Positions 19,411 to 26,882 of a DNA stretch of 64,000 nt are shown here, one piece after another (position 1 is the first letter of the stretch; the number at the start of each line of letters is the position of its first letter). Source of the stretch: an uncultured Alphaproteobacteria bacterium (lineage in GTDB: Bacteria; Pseudomonadota; Alphaproteobacteria; HIMB59; GCA-002718135). The DNA lies in contig CACFXU010000001.1 of NCBI GenBank assembly GCA_902570155.1, positions 169,360 to 233,359 of the forward strand, read 5' to 3'. The notes beneath the pieces are model-generated. The model did no database searches and was not told the DNA's origin. It was given only the letters and a program-made list of their open reading frames with translations. The translations under genes and the position numbers were made by a program.

Positions 19411-20517
19411 ATGAAAAAAAATTTCAGGTTTTATGATAACAGACAAAAATACTTATTATTTGTCACAACAACAAATGAAAAAAATCAAATTGCTGATGCG
19501 ATACGCCCTCACGTAAATAAAATTAAACCTCAAAAACCTGGTATAAAAATATTTGATGCTGGTATGGGTGATGGTTCCTTACTTATGAATGTTATGCGTC
19601 AGTGCCACGAGGCTAAGCCTAACGTACCTTTATTAGTTTGCACAAAAGAAATAAGCATAGAAGATGTAAGATTAGGTTTAGAAAAATTACCCGACAGGTT
19701 TGTTGAACATAAGAATACGGTTTTTGTCATTTCAAATCTACACTACGCTGAAGCTGCAAACCTAAAATCAAAAAATGAAGTTAAACAGAAAAAAATTAAT
19801 TGGAATATTATTAAATTAAAAGGAGATACCTCTCTTGAATTTGCCCAACAATTAAGAAAACAAAATGAATTTTTAGAAAAAAAATGGAATATAGAAATTA
19901 ATAAAAAGTCAGGTAACCATACTTATAAAGAGCCTTCAGTCATGGTTATCTACCGCGAAGATCAAGAATTTAATGTAAATGAATTAATACCTACCAAAAA
20001 AAAATCAGATAATAAATTTGATCTTATAATTGCTTCACAGCCTTATCGTTCAAGAATCACAGCAGAAAAGAAATCAAAATATGTCATCGAACCAATGATT
20101 AGAGCGTTAAAATCAAAAGGGAAATTATTAACTATTCATGCTTCAGGAAAAGATCCTGCTAATGAAATAATTCGTAAAATTTGGCCAAAAGAGGACCCAT
20201 TTCCTTCTCTTGGAAATAGTATCATTTCTTATCTTAAGAAAAATTTAGATAAAGATTTATTAAGAAGATTATCTTTTGGAGAAAAAAGAATTATTAAATG
20301 TAAATTGAGAGCTCTACCAACAGAAATCAGCGGAGGTATAGCGACATCATTAGTTTTTTCTGCTTGGAATGCCTCCATATATGTCAATCAAATGGATGAC
20401 GACAAAGTAATGAAAGTAGAAAAAACTAAAAACTATGAAAAAATTGTTCAAAACATTGTTGCTAAAAATAAAGGTCTTTATTTTAACAATGAAATATTTG
20501 TAATCGAAAAAAAATAA
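19411..20517 (+). CDS. hypothetical protein with class-I methyltransferase-like Rossmann motifs
   Basis: IKIFDAGMGDGSLL looks like SAM motif I, followed by an acidic residue after strand 2 and a DLIIASQPY block. I cannot recognise a family. It starts 2 nt after the ADH stop. Confidence 0.35.
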   Translation: MKKNFRFYDNRQKYLLFVTTTNEKNQIADAIRPHVNKIKPQKPGIKIFDAGMGDGSLLMNVMRQCHEAKPNVPLLVCTKEISIEDVRLGLEKLPDRFVEHKNTVFVISNLHYAEAANLKSKNEVKQKKINWNIIKLKGDTSLEFAQQLRKQNEFLEKKWNIEINKKSGNHTYKEPSVMVIYREDQEFNVNELIPTKKKSDNKFDLIIASQPYRSRITAEKKSKYVIEPMIRALKSKGKLLTIHASGKDPANEIIRKIWPKEDPFPSLGNSIISYLKKNLDKDLLRRLSFGEKRIIKCKLRALPTEISGGIATSLVFSAWNASIYVNQMDDDKVMKVEKTKNYEKIVQNIVAKNKGLYFNNEIFVIEKK

Positions 20518-20521
20518 TTTT

Positions 20522-21310
20522 TTATTTAAACCAATTAACTTCTGTTTTTAAAAAATCCTCTGTATGAATAATTAAGGCGTCAGATCGAATTATTGCAACA
20601 TTATAATTTGTATCTGTATTAGCCGTTCCTAAACGATATTCATTTGAAAAGTTAGGTATTAGAGGAGACCAAGTACTTCTTGGGGAAGAAAAAGTAATAC
20701 CACAATAAGAGCCAGAACTTGTAATATGTTGATGACCAAAAAAAATATGTTTTATTATCTTATTATTTTTCGTTAAAATTTTTTGAAACTCTTTTTTTTG
20801 TTGTAATCCTATTCCATCACTTTCCTCTTTTACTAATGCCAGTGGATTATGATGCATAAAGATATACGTATCTGTATTAGTCTTACTTAAAATATTATTT
20901 AACCATTCTTGCCTCTCTTCACAGTAATGTCCTTGGTGAGTATTAATTAGATTAGTATCTATAAAAATTAAACGTTTATTATCTATATCCTTAAAGTATT
21001 GAATAAATCCATTTGGATCGGTTTCAATATTAGGAAAGTTTATTTTAAACTCATCTCTGTTATCATGATTACCTATAATTAACTGAGGACTCAAATTCTT
21101 TGGCAGGTCTGCTTCATCAATTATTTTTAAAAATAACTGATAAGAATCTTTATCACCTAAGTCTGTAATATCACCAGTGATGGCAAATAAATCTGCATCA
21201 CCATGATTATTTTTTATATGAGTTAATGCTTTTTTAAATTTACTGACAGGATCTATGCCATGAATCTTATCTATATAAATATGAGGGTCTGAAAGGTGAA
21301 TAATTTTCAT
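20522..21310 (-). CDS. calcineurin-like metallophosphoesterase, CpdA/GpdQ-type phosphodiesterase
   Basis: The full motif set is present: HLSDPH, TGDITDLGD, IGNHDNR, FMHHNP, FGHQHI. Confidence 0.8.
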   Translation of the reverse strand: MKIIHLSDPHIYIDKIHGIDPVSKFKKALTHIKNNHGDADLFAITGDITDLGDKDSYQLFLKIIDEADLPKNLSPQLIIGNHDNRDEFKINFPNIETDPNGFIQYFKDIDNKRLIFIDTNLINTHQGHYCEERQEWLNNILSKTNTDTYIFMHHNPLALVKEESDGIGLQQKKEFQKILTKNNKIIKHIFFGHQHITSSGSYCGITFSSPRSTWSPLIPNFSNEYRLGTANTDTNYNVAIIRSDALIIHTEDFLKTEVNWFK

Positions 21311-21330
21311 TATTAAATATAAATTTATAA

Positions 21331-21963
21331 TTAGATCGCAGTTTTAAAATAAATATACTTATTAAATTCCTCTTTTAAGTCGATGCTAACTCTTGCATGT
21401 ACTTTACCTTGTTTTCCTTGAAACGATTGTTTTTCTGTAACTGGAAACACCCCTTCATGCCAAATATTTGGATGAATATACAAACCTTTTGATCCGTCAC
21501 AATAAAATGCTTTAAAATGTTCTGGTTCAATGTCGTCTGTCGGTAAGGCTAAAGGGCAAATAAATGGTTTATTTTCTTCAGGAAAGAAAAGCTGACCTCC
21601 ATCAGGATGATAATTTGCATGCCATAAAAAAATTTTTGTTGGATCTGAATATTTATCTTTTTGTAATTCTTGATCAGGATTATTGGCATAACCCAGTATA
21701 TATTTTCCATCTACTTCATAATCGCTCTTATGTTGAACAGCATTATTTTGCCCATAAAGCACGTCACCTTGCCACCAGGTATCAAAAGAACCTTCGGTAG
21801 TTCCACCTTCATTACCAGTTCCCTCTTCTATGTCGCGCCATCCTTGTTTTGGCCAAGTAACAATTTCAATATCGCTATTTTCAAAACTATCGATTAAATA
21901 CCCATATCCTGTAAGATTTTCATTTGTTGCTTTAACTAATGGTATTTCAATTTCTTTTGTCAT
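21331..21963 (-). CDS. ureidoglycolate-lyase (AllA)-like cupin-fold protein, function unknown
   Basis: The C-terminal half (YHPDGGQLFFP...FKAFYCDGSKGLYIHPNIWHEGVFP) parallels my recollection of E. coli AllA (ERHPLGTQAFIP...[24 protein letters not shown]). It has a longer N-terminal half than AllA. Confidence 0.5.
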   Translation of the reverse strand: MTKEIEIPLVKATNENLTGYGYLIDSFENSDIEIVTWPKQGWRDIEEGTGNEGGTTEGSFDTWWQGDVLYGQNNAVQHKSDYEVDGKYILGYANNPDQELQKDKYSDPTKIFLWHANYHPDGGQLFFPEENKPFICPLALPTDDIEPEHFKAFYCDGSKGLYIHPNIWHEGVFPVTEKQSFQGKQGKVHARVSIDLKEEFNKYIYFKTAI

Positions 21964-21970
21964 TGTTTTG

Positions 21971-23068
21971 TTAGTTTAATGTTAATCCCAATTCAGTAAC
22001 AACTTCTTTTACTGCCTCTATAGTATCTATCATGTCTTGTTCATCTAAATTACCAATACACCCAATTCTAAAAGTTTCTGCCACTGTTAGTTTTCCAGGA
22101 TAAATTAAAAAATCTTTTTCACTAAGAGCATTATAAAATTTCTCAAAATTAAATTTAGGATCATTAGGTTGTTTAAACGTAATAATAATTGGTGCCTGCA
22201 AATTATCAGGAAGTAATTGCTCAAATCCTAACTCTTTCATTCCATTACAAATAATTTCACAATTTTTTTTATATCTTTTGCCCCGTCCCTCTACACCGCC
22301 TTGTTCTTTATGTTCTTCAATAGCTTGGTTGAATGCAGCCAATACGTGTGTTGGAGGTGTAAATCGCCATTGTTTATTTTTTTCCATTGCTTGCCATTGA
22401 TCATATAAGTCTAGACTTAGTGAGTGACTATTGCCTTTTGCATTTTGAATAACTTCATTTTTAACAAGAATGAAACCAACACCTGGCACACCTTCTAAGC
22501 ATTTGTTTGATGAAGCGGCTACAGCATCAAAAGTAATTGTTTTAGAACTTAAGGGTAATGCACCAAAGGCACTCATTGCATCGATGAATAACGATAAATT
22601 TTTCCCTTCAACCAATTTTGCAATGTCTTCAATAGGATTTAAAATACCCGATGTTGTTTCACAATATACAGCAAAGACGTGTGTTAAGTTGTTGCTATCA
22701 ATTAACTCTTCAATTTTATTGATGTCATGTACTTCATGTTCAGCAACTTCATATTCAATAAAATCTCTCCCTAAATATGTGCACATTTTTTTCATTCTTT
22801 GTCCGTAAGCACCATTGATCAGAATCAGAATTTTAGAATCTTTTTGAGTAAGAGAGCTCACCATCGACTCTACAGCAAAAGTCCCACTTCCCTGCATTGG
22901 AACACATTGATATTTATCTTCACCATCTATTAATTTAACAAGGGAATCTCTAATTGATGCATTGAGATCAATAAATTTTGTATCTCTCGAACCCCAATCA
23001 TGAAGCATTGCCTCTTTTGTTGACATCGATGTCGTGAGAGGCCCAGGGGTTAATAATTTTTTATCCAT
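21971..23068 (-). CDS. phnW: 2-aminoethylphosphonate--pyruvate transaminase
   Basis: 365 aa class-V aminotransferase with N-terminal LLTPGPLTTS and PLP-lysine block SSNKCLEGVPGVGF. Confidence 0.8.
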   Translation of the reverse strand: MDKKLLTPGPLTTSMSTKEAMLHDWGSRDTKFIDLNASIRDSLVKLIDGEDKYQCVPMQGSGTFAVESMVSSLTQKDSKILILINGAYGQRMKKMCTYLGRDFIEYEVAEHEVHDINKIEELIDSNNLTHVFAVYCETTSGILNPIEDIAKLVEGKNLSLFIDAMSAFGALPLSSKTITFDAVAASSNKCLEGVPGVGFILVKNEVIQNAKGNSHSLSLDLYDQWQAMEKNKQWRFTPPTHVLAAFNQAIEEHKEQGGVEGRGKRYKKNCEIICNGMKELGFEQLLPDNLQAPIIITFKQPNDPKFNFEKFYNALSEKDFLIYPGKLTVAETFRIGCIGNLDEQDMIDTIEAVKEVVTELGLTLN

Positions 23069-23156
23069 TAAATATTTACTTAATAAATATTATTATAAAT
23101 TTGATCAATCTTATTAAAGTTGGAATTGAATTTATTTTCTAATAAGTTAATTATAA

Positions 23157-23732
23157 ATGAGAATGGAAGAAAATATCGTAGATTATCTCTTAGATCTTTT
23201 GAAAACAAAAGGTGCTGATATTCAATATGGTAATGAGGATGTCACACAGCTTGAGCACGCACTCCAATGCGCTGAACTTGCTGAAAAAAATAAATTACCA
23301 GGACCAACAATTGCTGCAGCATTACTGCATGATGTTGGTCACCTTATCTATGAGGACGGCGATCCCATTCATGAAGGCAAAGATGGTCATCATGAAAATT
23401 TAGGTGCTGATTTTTTAAAAAAATATTTTGGTGAGGATGTTATTTTACCAATTAGAGCACATGTTGACTCAAAAAGATATTTATCAAGTGTTGAAGAGGG
23501 TTATTATGATAGCCTATCAGAAGCATCGAAACTTTCATTAAAAGTTCAAGGCGGTCCTTTCACAAAAGAAGAAGCAGATGCATTTATAAGTAAACCTTTT
23601 ATGGATGAAGCAATAGAGCTTAGGAGATTTGATGATTTAGCAAAAGTTCTAGATAAAAAAACTCCCGATGTTGAACATTTCCGTCCCTATTTAGAAGAAG
23701 CAAGAGAGTCTTTTTTAGCTAAACAAGCGTAA
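23157..23732 (+). CDS. HD-domain protein of the PhnZ/TmpB type (mixed-valent di-iron C-P cleaving oxygenase family)
   Basis: 191 aa. The pattern QLEHALQCAELA...AALLHDVGH...HHENLGADFL...RAHVDSKRYL...LSEASKLSLKVQGGP follows the PhnZ layout as I recall it. Confidence 0.65.
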   Translation: MRMEENIVDYLLDLLKTKGADIQYGNEDVTQLEHALQCAELAEKNKLPGPTIAAALLHDVGHLIYEDGDPIHEGKDGHHENLGADFLKKYFGEDVILPIRAHVDSKRYLSSVEEGYYDSLSEASKLSLKVQGGPFTKEEADAFISKPFMDEAIELRRFDDLAKVLDKKTPDVEHFRPYLEEARESFLAKQA

Positions 23733-24257
23733 ATGCAATTTAGCAATTATGATTTTATTGACTCTAAGTCATTTGCAGGAAAAATTATATTAACTTCTTT
23801 CCCAGGTCTTAACTCTAATGGTTTATTTGAAGAAACAATTTTAGCAAACGAATTAGAAATATTTAAAAATAATAATTGTAGTTCTATTACTTCTTTTGTT
23901 GAAGATAGCGAATTTGAAAAATTGTGTGATAAAACTTTGTTTGTCAAAAATATTTATGAACATAAATTACATTGGTACCATTTACCCATTTATGACATGG
24001 GAGCACCAGATAAAGATTTTAAATATAAATGGGAAACAACAAAAGTTTTATTAAAGAACGAATTGATAGATGGTAAAAATATAGTCTTACATTGTCGTGG
24101 AGGAAAAGGAAGAGCTGGCACTATAGCTGCTATTTTACTTGTTGAATTTAATTATGAAAAACAAGAAGCTATTAATCTTGTACGATCAAGAAGAAAAGGA
24201 GCTATTGAGTCAAAAATCCAAGAAGATTTTATTTTTTCTTATCGAGCAGTTAATTAA
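23733..24257 (+). CDS. Cys-based (dual-specificity/PTP-fold) phosphatase
   Basis: HCX5R(S/T) P-loop (LHCRGGKGRAGT) with an upstream Asp loop (IYDMGAPD). Its ATG directly abuts the stop of the HD gene (TAAATG). Confidence 0.75.
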   Translation: MQFSNYDFIDSKSFAGKIILTSFPGLNSNGLFEETILANELEIFKNNNCSSITSFVEDSEFEKLCDKTLFVKNIYEHKLHWYHLPIYDMGAPDKDFKYKWETTKVLLKNELIDGKNIVLHCRGGKGRAGTIAAILLVEFNYEKQEAINLVRSRRKGAIESKIQEDFIFSYRAVN

Positions 24258-25306
24258 AAAGAGACCGTTAAATTAAAAATATTTTCTAGAATAAATAAAA
24301 CAATTAAAGAAATTAAAGCTGCAATTATAGGTAGCGTCATCCAACCCAAAGAAATTCTACCCGCAATTGACCATTGAACCTCTTTTCCTCCTTTTAAAAG
24401 ACCAATTCCAATTACGCCGCCAACAACAGCTTGGGAACTTGATACTGGTACCAAAGGTATAGAGGGAAGATTTATAGATTGTAAAAAAGCACTTATACCC
24501 TGAGATGCAAATAAAAATAAAACAATAGAATGCGATATAACAACAATAAATGCTGCCACTGGTGTCATTTTTAAAAGATCATTACCCACGGTAAACATAA
24601 CTCTTTTCGAATAAGTAAAAACACCAACAGCTATTGCTAAACCACCCAGCAGAAATAATTGTTCTTTTGAGGAAAAGACAAATAAATTTCCAATAGTAAC
24701 ATCAGTAAACGGTGATATAGGTACGAAGACACCCATTACGTTAGCAATATTGTTTGCGCCTAAACTATAAGCACCAAAAGCACCCGCTAAAAGTAAAGCT
24801 GTTCTTGTATAGGCATCAAGTCTGAGAATATGTAACTTTCTATTGAGTATAACTCTTTTTGTAAAAGTAAATAAACCCATTGCAATAACTCCTGCAATGA
24901 TAGGACAGAGTATCCATGTTCCTAAAATAGTAATTAAAACTTGAAGGTTAGTTGAAGATCCCGTGTATAAATTCCAACCAACAATTGCTCCAACGATCGC
25001 TTGCGTTGTTGAAACAGGCAAGCCAACTTTGGTCATTAAATAAACGGATATGCCTGCAGCCACACATGCTGCAAAGGCACCAGGTAATGCATTAATAGCA
25101 CCTAACTTACCTAAAGTTTCTGTTGTACCTGCTCCGCTAATTATTGCACCTAGAATAACAAAGAGACTACAGATTATTGCTGCACTTGTGAAACTAACCA
25201 TTCGTGTTCCAACTGCAGTTCCAAAAACATTTGCTGCATCATTGGCGCCAAGTGACCAACCTAAAAAAAGACCACCAAATAAAAAAATTAGAATTGTAAT
25301 TTCCAT
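24254..25306 (-). CDS. inorganic phosphate transporter, PiT family
   Basis: 350 aa polytopic protein with the duplicated PiT signature GANDAANVFGTAVG / GANNIANVMG. Confidence 0.9.
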   Translation of the reverse strand: MEITILIFLFGGLFLGWSLGANDAANVFGTAVGTRMVSFTSAAIICSLFVILGAIISGAGTTETLGKLGAINALPGAFAACVAAGISVYLMTKVGLPVSTTQAIVGAIVGWNLYTGSSTNLQVLITILGTWILCPIIAGVIAMGLFTFTKRVILNRKLHILRLDAYTRTALLLAGAFGAYSLGANNIANVMGVFVPISPFTDVTIGNLFVFSSKEQLFLLGGLAIAVGVFTYSKRVMFTVGNDLLKMTPVAAFIVVISHSIVLFLFASQGISAFLQSINLPSIPLVPVSSSQAVVGGVIGIGLLKGGKEVQWSIAGRISLGWMTLPIIAALISLIVLFILENIFNLTVSF

Positions 25307-25312
25307 TGAAAA

Positions 25313-25975
25313 TTAAACGGAGCGTTTAATAGCGTAAATTTGAACCTCGTCAGCTATGTCTTCTGCTTGATCACAAATACGATCAATCTTCTCTACAAAA
25401 TATCGAAGATGCATTTTTTGATCTAGAGGTAATTCAGAATCAAAAATTCTTCTTGCAAGTGCACTAAATTTTATATCAGATTCTTTTTCGTAAAATGTAA
25501 CTTTATGTGCATTATCTCTAACAGATTTAATATCTCTAAAAAATGATCTTACAGTTAAACATAATGATTCAACACAATTTACAACAGTCTCTGTTAACTC
25601 AATTAAATCTTGGTGAAACTCTTTTGGAAAATTAGGTTTTTGAATAGAGAAGTGATAACAATTCCCTTGGTACATTCCAATTAATTCGTCGATGTGTTCT
25701 AGAAGTCGTAACACATCACTTCTTGCATCTGGGATTAGTGTTTCTTCATAAAGAGTATGCTCAACATCTTTCGTAATTTTGTCGGCCTTACTTTCCATTT
25801 CTTTTACTTTTTCAACCATTTCCTCAAATTTACCATTGGCGGAATGATTGAGATAAGTTGGAACTATCGATTTAAATACTAAGCCCACTTCAGAGACAAT
25901 ATCAACAAACTCATCAATTTCTCTTTCAAGCTTTTTGGTATCACCAAATAATGATGCACTTTTTAATCCAAACAT
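25313..25975 (-). CDS. DUF47 / PhoU-like Pit accessory protein
   Basis: 220 aa helical protein sitting directly upstream of the PiT gene, which is the classic DUF47-PiT pair. Confidence 0.8.
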   Translation of the reverse strand: MFGLKSASLFGDTKKLEREIDEFVDIVSEVGLVFKSIVPTYLNHSANGKFEEMVEKVKEMESKADKITKDVEHTLYEETLIPDARSDVLRLLEHIDELIGMYQGNCYHFSIQKPNFPKEFHQDLIELTETVVNCVESLCLTVRSFFRDIKSVRDNAHKVTFYEKESDIKFSALARRIFDSELPLDQKMHLRYFVEKIDRICDQAEDIADEVQIYAIKRSV

Positions 25976-26013
25976 GGCGTGCTTATAGAACTTTTCAAAA
26001 AAAAAGAAAGAAA

Positions 26014-26035
26014 TGTTAAATTTTTGTTACAATTT
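26014..26035. promoter_or_regulatory. Pho-box-like 11-bp-phased direct repeat (TGTTAAA-TTTT-TGTTACA-ATTT)
   Basis: The two 7-mers match at 6/7 positions and are spaced exactly 11 bp apart. The site lies in the divergent spacer between DUF47-PiT and the small-membrane-protein/arsC pair. Confidence 0.3.
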
Positions 26036-26098
26036 GATTAATATCTTTATCTTTAAGTAAAGTGTAATATTCGCAATCTATAGAATTTAGGAGAAGAT

Positions 26099-26326
26099 AT
26101 GACAGATTTATCAATTAATAGAATTAAGTGGTTTAGCACCGCGTTAATTTTATCGGGAATATTATTAACCAATTTAAATGCCTATCCAATTAACATAATT
26201 ATTCACGGCACAGGAGCTGTTGGTTGGTCAATTGTTGGCTATATGACAAAAGATAGAGCTCTTCTTACAAACTTTGGTTTACAACTTCCACTATTTATTT
26301 TTGGATATATTTATTTGCTTTCATGA
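26099..26326 (+). CDS. small hydrophobic protein (2-3 TM), unknown function
   Basis: 75 aa, SD GGAGAAG upstream, and its stop overlaps the arsC start (ATGA). Confidence 0.5.
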   Translation: MTDLSINRIKWFSTALILSGILLTNLNAYPINIIIHGTGAVGWSIVGYMTKDRALLTNFGLQLPLFIFGYIYLLS

Positions 26327-26742
26327 AAAATAAAAATATTCTTTTTATGTGTGTTGCTAATTCAGCAAGAAGTCAAATGGCTGAAGGAATTGCAAAAAAA
26401 TTATATCCTAATTGTATAATTCAAAGTGCAGGATCAGTGCCCAAAGAAGTTAATCCCAATGCTATCGAGGTTATGGGTGAAATCGATATTGATATATCAA
26501 AACATTATTCAAAAGATTTTGAAAGTTTAGACAAAAAATTTAGAGATGAATTAAATACCGTTTTTACGCTTTGTAAAGAAGAGGTATGTCCAGTTTTAAA
26601 TTCCAAAGCTCAGATATTTTCAATACCATTTGATGATCCAGCATCAGATCATTTTAGTTCAAACCAATTAGATAAATTTAGAGAAGTAAGAGACTCAATT
26701 TTTATTAAATTGAAAGAACTAAAAAATTTATTTGAAAACTAA
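26323..26742 (+). CDS. arsC: arsenate reductase, LMW-PTP (thioredoxin-coupled) type
   Basis: P-loop CVANSARS (CX5R-S) at the N-terminus and a downstream Cys pair in TLCKEEVCP, as in the pI258/Bacillus ArsC family. Confidence 0.75.
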   Translation: MKNKNILFMCVANSARSQMAEGIAKKLYPNCIIQSAGSVPKEVNPNAIEVMGEIDIDISKHYSKDFESLDKKFRDELNTVFTLCKEEVCPVLNSKAQIFSIPFDDPASDHFSSNQLDKFREVRDSIFIKLKELKNLFEN

Positions 26743-26824
26743 TAAATTTAAATATTAGTTTAATTTATAAAAATTTAATATTCTATTAATACGTCTGTAA
26801 AAAATAAAATTTAAATACTTTTTA

Positions 26825-26873
26825 CCACTCACAGTATTATTTCTTCCTGCTTATGTCCAATTATTGTGAGTGG
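26825..26873. other. inverted repeat between convergent arsC and ppk (possible bidirectional terminator or RNA element)
   Basis: ccactcaca ...31 nt... tgtgagtgg gives a perfect 9-bp stem. It stands out as unusually GC-containing for this spacer. Confidence 0.3.
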
Positions 26874-26882
26874 GATTAAATT

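Noticed and set aside
21331-21963. H-x-D ... H pattern (YHPDGG ... IHPNIWH) in the AllA-like protein, considered as a 2-His-1-carboxylate facial triad that would make it the missing hydroxylase partner of the PhnZ-like enzyme
   Set aside because: The same positions align with non-catalytic residues of E. coli AllA as I recall it, and the fold is not the TauD/PhyH type. The idea is kept only as a remote possibility under the PhnZ finding.
23092-23119. CTTTAAT-AAGA-TTGATCA-AATT-TATAAT on the minus strand upstream of phnW, considered as a Pho box plus -10
   Set aside because: The spacing between the second half-site and the -10 (4 nt) does not fit the known Pho promoter geometry, and the 7-mers are frequent by chance in this composition.
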